Origin: Bispira polyomma
Taxonomy: Eukaryota
NCBI GenBank assembly: GCA_965649765.1
Contig: OZ287750.1
Coordinates: 12,276,001 to 12,340,000 of the forward strand
DNA: 64,000 bases
Direction of reading: 5' to 3'
Positions 35,318 through 48,970 of this stretch are shown one piece after another; within the stretch, counting starts at the first letter, position 1; each line of letters opens with the position of its first letter. A model generated the notes under the pieces. The model had not been told where the DNA came from and did not search any database. It saw only the letters and a list, made by a program, of their open reading frames with translations. The translations under genes and the position numbers were made by a program.

Positions 35318-35886
35318 ATGAATATTTGGCAAAATATTTTCCTTTCCGCTGTATGTCACTGTAAGTGTTCATGGTACCTGCAGAATTAATATACAAAAAA
35401 TAATTTTGTCAATAGAAATCAGCTGATAGTAAAAACCCAAGACATGACCCAACAATTCTCAAGATGTAGTAAAAAATAGGATATAGTGTTGATAAAAGGA
35501 TAATCTCCGCATGTAAATAATATAGATAAGTGTAGCCTGTTCTTGTGATTTTATCAATGTTAATGACATAAGTACACGTGATCTTAAAAGCGCCAATTTA
35601 CTTTGTCAGTTTAAACATGTGACTGTGCTTATGGTATATAGTAATTTGCTTACATAATGCTACAGCCGAGAATATGAAATATGTTATCCAGACATTTATA
35701 GAATCTGCTTAATGAAAGTATCGAAGAAAACTGACAAGTCTAATATGATTATGATGTCTTTAATGCTACAGTTTGGTTCTTTTGCTCAAAGAAATGAAGT
35801 GATCTCTAATGGATTCCAGATTTTGTAATCAATGTGGCTTACAACATCTACATTTAGTAGCTGATGACAGACTCAGTTATAAGAAG

Positions 35887-35958
35887 GCCATGATCGTATA
35901 GTGGTTAGTACTTCACGTTGTGGCTGTGACAACCCAGGTTCGAATCCTGGTCATGGCA
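35887..35958 (+). tRNA. tRNA-His(GTG), near-intact
   Basis: Single C>T (G-U pair). Confidence 0.88.
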
Positions 35959-36178
35959 TGAATAACTAGCTTTTTATTTAAACTTGATATTTCCTTCAAA
36001 GGTTTATTGGAATTTTTCTGCAATTCATTGTGACATACAGCATTGCAATAAACTAGTTTGAACTAAAAGTGGAAGTATTTGATGAAGCTCTTATCAAATT
36101 ACTGCGACCTTTCAGAAGTTTGTGAAATGCTTTAATCAACTGATTCTGAACTTGTGAATGTTTCTTAAGCGAATACAA

Positions 36179-36252
36179 CGTCTTTGGATGTACTCGAACC
36201 ACCAACCTTTCAGTTAACAGCTTCACGCGCTAACCGATTGCGCCACAGAGAC
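36179..36252 (-). pseudogene. tRNA-Asn(GTT), B-type degenerate
   Basis: B-type lesions. Confidence 0.8.
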
Positions 36253-36824
36253 ATGAATATTTGGCAAAATATTTTCCTTTCCGCTGTATGTCACTGTAAG
36301 TATTCATGGTACCTGCAGAATTAATAGGTAAAAGATAAATTTGTCAAGAGAAATCAGCTGAGAATAAAAACGAATACATCATCCAACAATTCTCAAGATG
36401 TAGTAAAAAATAGGACATAGTGTTGTTAAAAGGATAATCTCCACATGTAAATAATAAAGATAAGTGGAGCCTGGATGTTTTTGTTATTTTATGAGTGTTA
36501 ATGACATAAGTACACGTGATCTTAAAAGTGCCAATTTACTTTGTCAGTTTAAACATGTGACTGTGCTTATGGTATATAGTAATTTGCTTACATAATGCTA
36601 CAGCCGAGAATGTGAAATATGTTATCCAGACATTTATAGAATCTGCTTAATGAAAGTATCGAAGAAAACTGACAAGTCTAATATGATTATGATGTCTTTA
36701 ATGCTACAGTTTGGTTCTTTTGCTCAAAGAAATGAAGTTATCTCTAATGGATTCCAGATTTTGTAATCAATGTGGCTTACAACATCTACATTTAGTAGCT
36801 GATGATACACTCAGTTATAAGAAG

Positions 36825-36896
36825 GCCATGATCGTATAGTGGTTAGTACTTCATGTTGTGGATGTGACAACCCAGATTCGAATCCTTGTCGTGGCA
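36825..36896 (+). pseudogene. tRNA-His(GTG), B-type degenerate
   Basis: B-type lesions. Confidence 0.78.
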
Positions 36897-37113
36897 TGAA
36901 TAACTAATTTTTGTTTAAACTTGATATTTCCTTCAAACGTTTATTTGAATTTTTCTGCAATTCATTGGGACATACAGCATTGCAATAAACTAGTTTTAAC
37001 TAAAAGTAGAAGTATTTGATGAAACTCTTATCAAATTACTGCAACCTTTCACATTAGTGAAATGCTTTTATCAAATGATTTTGAAGCAATGAATTTTCCA
37101 AAAGTGGATACAA

Positions 37114-37130
37114 CGTCCCTGGGTGGACTC

Positions 37131-37161
<31 letters not shown>

Positions 37162-37187
37162 TCGCTAACCGATTGCACCACAGAGAC
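37114..37187 (-). tRNA. tRNA-Asn(GTT), D-stem variant (function doubtful)
   Basis: Two D-stem substitutions. Confidence 0.6.
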
Positions 37188-37756
37188 ATGAATATTTGGC
37201 AAAATATTTTCCTTTCCGCTGTATGTCACTGTAAGTGTTCATGGTACCTGCAGAATTAATATACAAAAAATAATTTTGTCAATAGAAATCAGCTGATAGT
37301 AAAAACCCAAGACATGACCCAACAATTCTCAAGATGTAGTAAAAAATAGGATATAGTGTTGATAAAAGGATAATCTCCGCATGTAAATAATATAGATAAG
37401 TGTAGCCTGTTCTTGTGATTTTATCAATGTTAATGACATAAGTACACGTGATCTTAAAAGCGCCAATTTACTTTGTCAGTTTAAACATGTGACTGTGCTT
37501 ATGGTATATAGTAATTTGCTTACATAATGCTACAGCCGAGAATATGAAATATGTTATCCAGACATTTATAGAATCTGCTTAATGAAAGTATCGAAGAAAA
37601 CTGACAAGTCTAATATCATTATGATGTCTTTAATGCTACAGTTTGGTTCTTTTGCTCAAAGAAATGAAGTGATCTCTAATGGATTCCAGATTTTGTAATC
37701 AATGTGGCTTACAACATCTACATTTAGTAGCTGATGACAGACTCAGTTATAAGAAG

Positions 37757-37828
37757 GCCATGATCGTATAGTGGTTAGTACTTCACGTTGTGGCCGTGAC
37801 AACCCAGGTTCGAATCCTGGTCATGGCA
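37757..37828 (+). tRNA. tRNA-His(GTG), intact
   Basis: Matches the intact consensus. Confidence 0.95.
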
Positions 37829-38048
37829 TGAATAACTAGCTTTTTATTTAAACTTGATATTTCCTTCAAAGGTTTATTGGAATTTTTCTGCAATTCATTG
37901 TGACATACAGCATTGCAATAAACTAGTTTGAACTAAAAGTGGAAGTATTTGATGAAGCTCTTATCAAATTACTGCGACCTTTCAGAAGTTTGTGAAATGC
38001 TTTAATCAACTGATTCTGAACTTGTGAATGTTTCTTAAGCGAATACAA

Positions 38049-38122
38049 CCTCTTTGGATGTACTCGAACCACCAACCTTTCAGTTAACAGCTTCACGCGC
38101 TAACCGATTGCGCCACAGAGAC
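38049..38122 (-). pseudogene. tRNA-Asn(GTT), B-type degenerate
   Basis: B-type lesions. Confidence 0.8.
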
Positions 38123-38694
38123 ATGAATATTTGGCAAAATATTTTCCTTTCCGCTGTATGTCACTGTAAGTATTCATGGTACCTGCAGAATTAATAGGTA
38201 AAAGATAAATTTGTCAAGAGAAATCAGCTGAGAATAAAAACGAATACATCATCCAACAATTCTCAAGATGTAGTAAAAAATAGGACATAGTGTTGTTAAA
38301 AGGATAATCTCCACATGTAAATAATAAAGATAAGTGGAGCCTGGATGTTTTTGTTATTTTATGAGTGTTAATGACATAAGTACACGTGATCTTAAAAGTG
38401 CCAATTTACTTTGTCAGTTTAAACATGTGACTGTGCTTATGGTATATAGTAATTTGCTTACATAATGCTACAGCCGAGAATGTGAAATATGTTATCCAGA
38501 CATTTATAGAATCTGCTTAATGAAAGTATCGAAGAAAACTGACAAGTCTAATATGATTATGATGTCTTTAATGCTACAGTTTGGTTCTTTTGCTCAAAGA
38601 AATGAAGTTATCTCTAATGGATTCCAGATTTTGTAATCAATGTGGCTTACAACATCTACATTTAGTAGCTGATGACACACTCAGTTATAAGAAG

Positions 38695-38766
38695 GCCATG
38701 ATCGTATAGTGGTTAGTACTTCATGTTGTGGATGTGACAACCCAGATTCGAATCCTTGTCGTGGCA
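38695..38766 (+). pseudogene. tRNA-His(GTG), B-type degenerate
   Basis: B-type lesions. Confidence 0.78.
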
Positions 38767-38983
38767 TGAATAACTAATTTTTGTTTAAACTTGATATTTC
38801 CTTCAAACGTTTATTTGAATTTTTCTGCAATTCATTGGGACATACAGCATTGCAATAAACTAGTTTTAACTAAAAGTAGAAGTATTTGATGAAACTCTTA
38901 TCAAATTACTGCAACCTTTCACATTAGTGAAATGCTTTTATCAAATGATTTTGAAGCAATGAATTTTCCAAAAGTGAATACAA

Positions 38984-39000
38984 CTTCCCTGGGTGGACTC

Positions 39001-39051
<51 letters not shown>

Positions 39052-39057
39052 AGAGAC
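38984..39057 (-). tRNA. tRNA-Asn(GTT), C72A variant
   Basis: Intact except for a G1:A72 mismatch. Confidence 0.75.
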
Positions 39058-39626
39058 ATGAATATTTGGCAAAATATTTTCCTTTCCGCTGTATGTCACT
39101 GTAAGTGTTCATGGTACCTGCAGAATTAATATACAAAAAATAATTTTGTCAATAGAAATCAGCTGATAGTAAAAACCCAAGACATGACCCAACAATTCTC
39201 AAGATGTAGTAAAAAATAGGATATAGTGTTGATAAAAGGATAATCTCCACATGTAAATAATATAGATAAGTGTAGCCTGTTCTTGTGATTTTATCAATGT
39301 TAATGACATAAGTACACGTGATCTTAAAAGCGCCAATTTACTTTGTCAGTTTAAACATGTGACTGTGCTTATGGTATATAGTAATTTGCTTACATAATGC
39401 TACAGCCGAGAATATGAAATATGTTATCCAGACATTTATAGAATCTGCTTAATGAAAGTATCGAAGAAAACTGACAAGTCTAATATGATTATGATGTCTT
39501 TAATGCTACAGTTTGGTTCTTTTGCTCAAAGAAATGAAGTGATCTCTAATGGATTCCAGATTTTGTAATCAATGTGGCTTACAACATCTACATTTAGTAG
39601 CTGATGACAGACTCAGTTATAAGAAG

Positions 39627-39698
39627 GCCATGATCGTATAGTGGTTAGTACTTCACGTTGTGGCTGTGACAACCCAGGTTCGAATCCTGGTCATGGCA
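39627..39698 (+). tRNA. tRNA-His(GTG), near-intact
   Basis: Single C>T (G-U pair). Confidence 0.88.
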
Positions 39699-39918
39699 TG
39701 AATAACTAGCTCTTTATTTAAACTTGATATTTCCTTCAAAGGTTTATTGGAATTTTTCTGCAATTCATTGTGACATACAGCATTGCAATAAACTAGTTTG
39801 AACTAAAAGTGGAAGTATTTGATGAAGCTCTTATCAAATTACTGCCACCTTTCAGAAGTTTGTGAAATGCTTTAATCAACTGATTCTGAACTTGTGAATG
39901 TTTCTTAAGCGAATACAA

Positions 39919-39992
39919 CGTCTTTGGATGTACTCGAACCACCAACCTTTCAGTTAACAGCTTCACGCGCTAACCGATTGCGCCATAGAGAC
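39919..39992 (-). pseudogene. tRNA-Asn(GTT), B-type degenerate
   Basis: B-type lesions. Confidence 0.8.
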
Positions 39993-40564
39993 ATGAATAT
40001 TTGGCAAAATATTTTCCTTTCCGCTGTATGTCACTGTAAGTATTCATGGTACCTGCAGAATTAATAGGTAAAAGATAAATTTGTCAAGAGAAATCAGCTG
40101 AGAATAAAAACGAATACATCATCCAACAATTCTCAAGATGTAGTAAAAAATAGGACATAGTGTTGTTAAAAGGATAATCTCCACATGTAAATAATAAAGA
40201 TAAGTGGAGCCTGGATGTTTTTGTTATTTTATGAGTGTTAATGACATAAGTACACGTGATCTTAAAAGTGCCAATTTACTTTGTCAGTTTAAACATGTGA
40301 CTGTGCTTATGGTATATAGTAATTTGCTTACATAATGCTACAGCCGAGAATGTGAAATATGTTATCCAGACATTTATAGAATCTGCTTAATGAAAGTATC
40401 GAAGAAAACTGACAAGTCTAATATGATTATGATGTCTTTAATGCTACAGTTTGGTTCTTTTGCTCAAAGAAATGAAGTTATCTCTAATGGATTCCAGATT
40501 TTGTAATCAATGTGGCTTACAACATCTACATTTAGTAGCTGATGACACACTCAGTTATAAGAAG

Positions 40565-40636
40565 GCCATGATCGTATAGTGGTTAGTACTTCATGTTGTG
40601 GATGTGACAACCCAGATTCGAATCCTTGTCGTGGCA
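40565..40636 (+). pseudogene. tRNA-His(GTG), B-type degenerate
   Basis: B-type lesions. Confidence 0.78.
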
Positions 40637-40853
40637 TGAATAACTAATTTTTGTTTAAACTTGATATTTCCTTCAAACGTTTATTTGAATTTTTCTGCAA
40701 TTCATTGGGACATACAGCATTGCAATAAACTAGTTTTAACTAAAAGTAGAAGTATTTGATGAAACTCTTATCAAATTACTGCAACCTTTCACATTAGTGA
40801 AATGCTTTTATCAAATGATTTTGAAGCAATGAATTTTCCAAAAGTGAATACAA

Positions 40854-40870
40854 CGTCCCTGGGTGGACTC

Positions 40871-40910
<40 letters not shown>

Positions 40911-40927
40911 AATTGCGCCACAGAGAC
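40854..40927 (-). tRNA. tRNA-Asn(GTT), D-loop C>T variant
   Basis: All stems intact. Confidence 0.92.
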
Positions 40928-41491
40928 ATGAATATTTGGCAAAATATTTTCCTTTCCGCTGTATGTCACTGTAAGTGTTCATGGTACCTGCAGAATTAAT
41001 ATACAAAAAATAATTTTGTCAATAGAAATCAGCTGATAGTAAAAACCCAAGACATGACCCAACAATTCTCAAGATGTAGTAAAAAATAGGATATAGTGTT
41101 GATAAAAGGATAATCTCCGCATGTAAATAATATAGATAAGTGTAGCCTGTTCTTGTGATTTTATCAATGTTAATGACATAAGTACACGTGATCTTAAAAG
41201 CGCCAATTTACTTTGTCAGTTTAAACATGTGACTGTGCTTATGGTATATAGTAATTTGCTTACATAATGCTACAGCCGAGAATATGAAATATGTTATCCA
41301 GACATTTATAGAATCTGCTTAATGAAAGTATCGAAGAAAACTGACAAGTCTAATATGATTATGATGTCTTTAATGCTTTGGTTCTTTTGCTCAAAGAAAT
41401 GAAGTGATCTCTAATGGATTCCAGATTTTGTAATCAATGTGGCTTACAACATCTACATTTAGTAGCTGATGACAGACTCAGTTATAAGAAG

Positions 41492-41563
41492 GCCATGATC
41501 GTATAGTGGTTAGTACTTCACGTTGTGGCCGTGACAACCCAGGTTCGAATCCTGGTCATGGCA
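41492..41563 (+). tRNA. tRNA-His(GTG), intact
   Basis: Matches the intact consensus. Confidence 0.95.
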
Positions 41564-41783
41564 TGAATAACTAGCTTTTTATTTAAACTTGATATTTCCT
41601 TCAAAGGTTTATTGGAATTTTTCTGCAATTCATTGTGACATACAGCATTGCAATAAACTAGTTTGAACTAATAGTGGAAGTATTTGATGAAGCTCTTATC
41701 AAATTACTGCGACCTTTCAGAAGTTTGTGAAATGCTTTAATCAACTGATTCTGAACTTGTGAATGTTTCTTAAGCGAATACAA

Positions 41784-41857
41784 CGTCTTTGGATGTACTC
41801 GAACCACCAACCTTTCAGTTAACAGCTTCACGCGCTAACCGATTGCGCCACAGAGAC
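41784..41857 (-). pseudogene. tRNA-Asn(GTT), B-type degenerate
   Basis: B-type lesions. Confidence 0.8.
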
Positions 41858-42427
41858 ATGAATATTTGGCAAAATATTTTCCTTTCCGCTGTATGTCACT
41901 GTAAGTATTCATGGTACCTGCAGAATTAATAGGTAAAAGATAAATTTGTCAAGAGAAATCAGCTGAGAATAAAAACGAATACATCATCCAACAATTCTCA
42001 AGATGTAGTAAAAAATAGGACATAGTGTTGTTAAAAGGATAATCTCCACATGTAAATAATAAAGATAAGTGGAGCCTGGATGTTTTTGTTATTTTATGAG
42101 TGTTAATGACATAAGTACACATGATCTTAAAAGTGCCAATTTACTTTGTCAGTTTAAACGTGACTGTGCTTATGGTATATAGTAATTTGCTTACATAATG
42201 CTACAGCCGAGAATGTGAAATATGTTATCCAGACATTTATAGAATCTGCTTAATGAAAGTATCGAAGAAAACTGACAAGTCTAATATGATTATGATGTCT
42301 TTAATGCTACAGTTTGGTTCTTTTGCTCAAAGAAATGAAGTTATCTCTAATGGATTCCAGATTTTGTAATCAATGTGGCTTACAACATCTACATTTAGTA
42401 GCTGATGACACACTCAGTTATAAGAAG

Positions 42428-42499
42428 GCCATGATCGTATAGTGGTTAGTACTTCATGTTGTGGATGTGACAACCCAGATTCGAATCCTTGTCGTGGCA
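42428..42499 (+). pseudogene. tRNA-His(GTG), B-type degenerate
   Basis: B-type lesions. Confidence 0.78.
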
Positions 42500-42716
42500 T
42501 GAATAACTAATTTTTGTTTAAACTTGATATTTCCTTCAAACGTTTATTTGAATTTTTCTGCAATTCATTGGGACATACAGCATTGCAATAAACTAGTTTT
42601 AACTAAAAGTAGAAGTATTTGATGAAACTCTTATCAAATTACTGCAACCTTTCACATTAGTGAAATGCTTTTATCAAATGATTTTGAAGCAATGAATTTT
42701 CCAAAAGTGAATACAA

Positions 42717-42733
42717 CGTCCCTGGGTGGACTC

Positions 42734-42784
<51 letters not shown>

Positions 42785-42790
42785 AGAGAC
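42717..42790 (-). tRNA. tRNA-Asn(GTT), intact
   Basis: Matches the intact consensus. Confidence 0.96.
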
Positions 42791-43359
42791 ATGAATATTT
42801 GGCAAAATATTTTCCTTTCCGCTGTATGTCACTGTAAGTGTTCATGGTACCTGCAGAATTAATATACAAAAAATAATTTTGTCAATAGAAATCAGCTGAT
42901 AGTAAAAACCCAAGACATGACCCAACAATTCTCAAGATGTAGTAAAAAATAGGATATAGTGTTGATAAAAGGATAATCTCCGCATGTAAATAATATAGAT
43001 AAGTGTAGCCTGTTCTTGTGATTTTATCAATGTTAATGACATAAGTACACGTGATCTTAAAAGCGCCAATTTACTTTGTCAGTTTAAACATGTGACTGTG
43101 CTTATGGTATATAGTAATTTGCTTACATAATGCTACAGCCGAGAATATGAAATATGTTATCCAGACATTTATAGAATCTGCTTAATGAAAGTATCGAAGA
43201 AAACTGACAAGTCTAATATCATTATGATGTCTTTAATGCTACAGTTTGGTTCTTTTGCTCAAAGAAATGAAGTGATCTCTAATGGATTCCAGATTTTGTA
43301 ATCAATGTGGCTTACAACATCTACATTTAGTAGCTGATGACAGCCTCAGTTATAAGAAG

Positions 43360-43431
43360 GCCATGATCGTATAGTGGTTAGTACTTCACGTTGTGGCTGT
43401 GACAACCCAGGTTCGAATCCTGGTCATGGCA
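43360..43431 (+). tRNA. tRNA-His(GTG), near-intact
   Basis: Single C>T (G-U pair). Confidence 0.88.
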
Positions 43432-43651
43432 TGAATAACTAGCTTTTTATTTAAACTTGATATTTCCTTCAAAGGTTTATTGGAATTTTTCTGCAATTCA
43501 TTGTGACATACAGCATTGCAATAAACTAGTTTGAACTAAAAGTGGAAGTATTTGATGAAGCTCTTATCAAATTACTGCGACCTTTCAGAAGTTTGTGAAA
43601 TGCTTTAATTAACTGATTCTGAACTTGTGAATGTTTCTTAAGCGAATACAA

Positions 43652-43725
43652 CGTCTTTGGATGTACTCGAACCACCAACCTTTCAGTTAACAGCTTCACG
43701 CGCTAACCGATTGCGCCACAGAGAC
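43652..43725 (-). pseudogene. tRNA-Asn(GTT), B-type degenerate
   Basis: B-type lesions. Confidence 0.8.
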
Positions 43726-44296
43726 ATGAATATTTGGCAAAATATTTTCCTTTCCGCTGTATGTCACTTAAGTATTCATGGTACCTGCAGAATTAATAGG
43801 TAAAAGATAAATTTGTCAAGAGAAATCAGCTGAGAATAAAAACGAATACATCATCCAACAATTCTCAAGATGTAGTAAAAAATAGGACATAGTGTTGTTA
43901 AAAGGATAATCTCCACATGTAAATAATAAAGATAAGTGGAGCCTGGATGTTTTTGTTATTTTATGAGTGTTAATGACATAAGTACACGTGATCTTAAAAG
44001 TGCCAATTTACTTTGTCAGTTTAAACATGTGACTGTGCTTATGGTATATAGTAATTTGCTTACATAATGCTACAGCTGAGAATGTGAAATATGTTATCCA
44101 GACATTTATAGAATCTGCTTAATGAAAGTATCGAAGAAAACTGACAAGTCTAATATGATTATGATGTCTTTAATGCTACAGTTTGGTTCTTTTGCTCAAA
44201 GAAATGAAGTTATCTCTAATGGATTCCAGATTTTGTAATCAATGTGGCTTACAACATCTACATTTAGTAGCTGATGACACACTCAGTTATAAGAAG

Positions 44297-44368
44297 GCCA
44301 TGATCGTATAGTGGTTAGTACTTCATGTTGTGGATGTGACAACCCAGATTCGAATCCTTGTCGTGGCA
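44297..44368 (+). pseudogene. tRNA-His(GTG), B-type degenerate
   Basis: B-type lesions. Confidence 0.78.
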
Positions 44369-44585
44369 TGAATAACTAATTTTTGTTTAAACTTGATATT
44401 TCCTTCAAACGTTTATTTGAATTTTTCTGCAATTCATTGGGACATACAGCATTGCAATAAACTAGTTTTAACTAAAAGTAGAAGTATTTGATGAAACTCT
44501 TATCAAATTACTGCAACCTTTCACATTAGTGAAATGCTTTTATCAAATGATTTTGAAGCAATGAATTTTCCAAAAGTGAATACAA

Positions 44586-44602
44586 CTTCCCTGGGTGGAC
44601 TC

Positions 44603-44653
<51 letters not shown>

Positions 44654-44659
44654 AGAGAC
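44586..44659 (-). tRNA. tRNA-Asn(GTT), C72A variant
   Basis: Intact except for a G1:A72 mismatch. Confidence 0.75.
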
Positions 44660-45228
44660 ATGAATATTTGGCAAAATATTTTCCTTTCCGCTGTATGTCA
44701 CTGTAAGTGTTCATGGTACCTGCAGAATTAATATACAAAAAATAATTTTGTCAATAGAAATCAGCTGATAGTAAAAACCCAAGACATGACCCAACAATTC
44801 TCAAGATGTAGTAAAAAATAGGATATAGTGTTGATAAAAGGATAATCTCCGCATGTAAATAATATAGATAAGTGTAGCCTGTTCTTGTGATTTTATCAAT
44901 GTTAATGACATAAGTACACGTGATCTTAAAAGCGCCAATTTACTTTGTCAGTTTAAACATGTGACTGTGCTTATGGTATATAGTAATTTGCTTACATAAT
45001 GCTACAGCCGAGAATATGAAATATGTTATCCAGAGATTTATAGAATCTGCTTAATGAAAGTATCGAAGAAAACTGACAAGTCTAATATGATTATGATGTC
45101 TTTAATGCTACAGTTTGGTTCTTTTGCTCAAAGAAATGAAGTGATCTCTAATGGATTCCAGATTTTGTAATCAATGTGGCTTACAACATCTACATTTAGT
45201 AGCTGATGACAGACTCAGTTATAAGAAG

Positions 45229-45300
45229 GCCATGATCGTATAGTGGTTAGTACTTCACGTTGTGGCCGTGACAACCCAGGTTCGAATCCTGGTCATGGCA
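45229..45300 (+). tRNA. tRNA-His(GTG), intact
   Basis: Matches the intact consensus. Confidence 0.95.
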
Positions 45301-45520
45301 TGAATAACTAGCTTTTTATTTAAACTTGATATTTCCTTCAAAGGTTTATTGGAATTTTTCTGCAATTCATTGTGACATACAGCATTGCAATAAACTAGTT
45401 TGAACTAAAAGTGGAAGTATTTGATGAAGCTCTTATCAAATTACTGCGACCTTTCAGAAGTTTGTGAAATGCTTTAATCAACTGATTCTGAACTTGTGAA
45501 TGTTTCTTAAGCGAATACAA

Positions 45521-45594
45521 CGTCTTTGGTTGTACTCGAACCACCAACCTTTCAGTTAACAGCTTCACGCGCTAACCGATTGCGCCACAGAGAC
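45521..45594 (-). pseudogene. tRNA-Asn(GTT), B-type degenerate
   Basis: B-type lesions. Confidence 0.8.
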
Positions 45595-46165
45595 ATGAAT
45601 ATTTGGCAAAATATTTTCCTTTCCGCTGTATGTCACTTAAGTATTCATGGTACCTGCAGAATTAATAGGTAAAAGATAAATTTGTCAAGAGAAATCAGCT
45701 GAGAATAAAAACGAATACATCATCCAACAATTCTCAAGATGTAGTAAAAAATAGGACATAGTGTTGTTAAAACGATAATCTCCACATGTAAATAATAAAG
45801 ATAAGTGGAGCCTGGATGTTTTTGTTATTTTATGAGTGTTAATGACATAAGTACACGTGATCTTAAAAGTGCCAATTTACTTTGTCAGTTTAAACATGTG
45901 ACTGTGCTTATGGTATATAGTAATTTGCTTACATAATGCTACAGCCGAGAATGTGAAATATGTTATCCAGACATTTATAGAATCTGCTTAATGAAAGTAT
46001 CGAAGAAAACTGACAAGTCTAATATGATTATGATGTCTTTAATGCTACAGTTTGGTTCTTTTGTTCAAAGAAATGAAGTTATCTCTAATGGATTCCAGAT
46101 TTTGTAATCAATGTGGCTTACAACATCTACATTTAGTAGCTGATGACACACTCAGTTATAAGAAG

Positions 46166-46237
46166 GCCATGATCGTATAGTGGTTAGTACTTCATGTTGT
46201 GGATGTGATAACCCAGATTCGAATCCTTGTCGTGGCA
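46166..46237 (+). pseudogene. tRNA-His(GTG), B-type degenerate
   Basis: B-type lesions. Confidence 0.78.
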
Positions 46238-46454
46238 TGAATAACTAATTTTTGTTTAAACTTGATATTTCCTTCAAACGTTTATTTGAATTTTTCTGCA
46301 ATTCATTGGGACATACAGCATTGCAATAAACTAGTTTTAACTAAAAGTAGAAGTATTTGATGAAACTCTTATCAAATTACTGCAACCTTTCACATTAGTG
46401 AAATGCTTTTATCAAATGATTTTGAAGCAATGAATTTTCCAAAAGTGAATACAA

Positions 46455-46488
46455 CGTCCCTGGGTGGACTCGAACCACCAACCTTTCA

Positions 46489-46522
<34 letters not shown>

Positions 46523-46528
46523 AGAGAC
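46455..46528 (-). tRNA. tRNA-Asn(GTT), near-intact (one G-U in anticodon stem)
   Basis: Single C>T. Confidence 0.88.
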
Positions 46529-47097
46529 ATGAATATTTGGCAAAATATTTTCCTTTCCGCTGTATGTCACTGTAAGTGTTCATGGTACCTGCAGAATTAA
46601 TATACAAAAAATAATTTTGTCAATAGAAATCAGCTGATAGTAAAAACCCAAGACATGACCCAACAATTCTCAAGATGTAGTAAAAAATAGGATATAGTGT
46701 TGATAAAAGGATAATCTCCACATGTAAATAATATAGATAAGTGTAGCCTGTTCTTGTGATTTTATCAATGTTAATGACATAAGTACACGTGATCTTAAAA
46801 GCGCCAATTTACTTTGTCAGTTTAAACATGTGACTGTGCTTATGGTATATAGTAATTTGCTTACATAATGCTACAGCCGAGAATATGAAATATGTTATCC
46901 AGACATTTATAGAATCTGCTTAATGAAAGTATCGAAGAAAACTGACAAGTCTAATATGATTATGATGTCTTTAATGCTACAGTTTGGTTCTTTTGCTCAA
47001 AGAAATGAAGTGATCTCTAATGGATTCCAGATTTTGTAATCAATGTGGCTTACAACATCTACATTTAGTAGCTGATGACAGACTCAGTTATAAGAAG

Positions 47098-47169
47098 GCC
47101 ATGATCGTATAGTGGTTAGTACTTCACGTTGTGGCCGTGACAACCCAGGTTCGAATCCTGGTCATGGCA
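47098..47169 (+). tRNA. tRNA-His(GTG), intact
   Basis: Matches the intact consensus. Confidence 0.95.
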
Positions 47170-47387
47170 TGAATAACTAGCTTTTTATTTAAACTTGATA
47201 TTTCCTTCAAAGGTTTATTGGAATTTTTCTGCAATTCATTGTGACATACAGCATTGCAATAAACTAGTTTGAACTAAAAGTGGAAGTATTTGATGAAGCT
47301 CTTATCAAATTACTGCGACCTTGCAGATTAGTTAAATGCATTTATCAACTGATTCTGAACTTGTGAATGTTTCTTAAGCGAATACAA

Positions 47388-47461
47388 CGTCCTTGGATGT
47401 ACTCGAACCACCAACCTTTCAGTTAACAGCTTCACGCGCTAACCGATTGCGCCACAGAGAC
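47388..47461 (-). pseudogene. tRNA-Asn(GTT), B-type degenerate
   Basis: B-type lesions. Confidence 0.8.
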
Positions 47462-48033
47462 ATGAATATTTGGCAAAATATTTTCCTTTCCGCTGTATGT
47501 CACTGTAAGTATTCATGGTACCTGCAGAATTAATAGGTAAAAGATAAATTTGTCAAGAGAAATCAGCTGAGAATAAAAACGAATACATCATCCAACAATT
47601 CTCAAGATGTAGTAAAAAATAGGACATAGTGTTGTTAAAAGGATAATCTCCACATGTAAATAATAAAGATAAGTGGAGCATAGATGTTTTTGTTATTTTA
47701 TGAGTGTTAATGACATAAGTACACGTGATCTTAAAAGCGCCAATTTACTTTGTCAGTTTAAACATGTGACTGTGCTTATGGTATATAGTAATTTGCTTAC
47801 ATAATGCTACAGCCGAGAATATGAAATATGTTATCCAGACATTTATAGAATCTGCTTAATGAAAGTATCGAAGAAAACTGACAAGTCTAATATGATTATG
47901 ATGTCTTTAATGCTACAGTTTGGTTCTTTTGCTCAAAGAAATGAAGTGATCTCTAATGGATTCCAGATTTTGTAATCAATGTGGCTTACAACATCTACAT
48001 TTAGTAGCTGATGACAGACTCAGTTATAAGAAG

Positions 48034-48105
48034 GCCATGATCGTATAGTGGTTAGTACTTCACGTTGTGGCCGTGACAACCCAGGTTCGACTCCTGGTCC
48101 TGGCA
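48034..48105 (+). tRNA. tRNA-His(GTG) variant (acceptor-stem mismatch)
   Basis: Two substitutions. Confidence 0.7.
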
Positions 48106-48325
48106 TGAATAACTAGCTTTTTATTTAAACTTGATATTTCCTTCAAAGGTTTATTGGAATTTTTCTGCAATTCATTGTGACATACAGCATTGCAATAAAC
48201 TAGTTTGAACTAAAAGTGGAAGTATTTGATGAAGCTCTTATCAAATTACTGCGACCTTTCAGAAGTTTGTGAAATGCTTTAATCAACTGATTCTGAACTT
48301 GTGAATGTTTCTTAAGCGAATACAA

Positions 48326-48399
48326 CGTCTTTGGATGTACTCGAACCACCAACCTTTCAGTTAACAGCTTCACGCGCTAACCGATTGCGCCACAGAGAC
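48326..48399 (-). pseudogene. tRNA-Asn(GTT), B-type degenerate
   Basis: B-type lesions. Confidence 0.8.
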
Positions 48400-48970
48400 A
48401 TGAATATTTGGCAAAATATTTTCCTTTCCGCTGTATGTCACTTAAGTATTCATGGTACCTGCAGAATTAATAGGTAAAAGATAAATTTGTCAAGAGAAAT
48501 CAGCTGAGAATAAAAACGAATACATCATCCAACAATTCTCAAGATGTAGTAAAAAATAGGACATAGTGTTGTTAAAAGGATAATCTCCACATGTAAATAA
48601 TAAAGATAAGTGGAGCCTGGATGTTTTTGTTATTTTATGAGTGTTAATGACATAAGTACACGTGATCTTAAAAGTGCCAATTTACTTTGTCAGTTTAAAC
48701 ATGTGACTGTGCTTATGGTATATAGTAATTTGCTTACATAATGCTACAGCCGAGAATGTGAAATATGTTATCCAGACATTTATAGAATCTGCTTAATGAA
48801 AGTATCGAAGAAAACTGACAAGTCTAATATGATTATGATGTCTTTAATGCTACAGTTTGGTTCTTTTGCTCAAAGAAATGAAGTTATCTCTAATGGATTC
48901 CAGATTTTGTAATCAATGTGGCTTACAACATCTACATTTAGTAGCTGATGACACACTCAGTTATAAGAAG

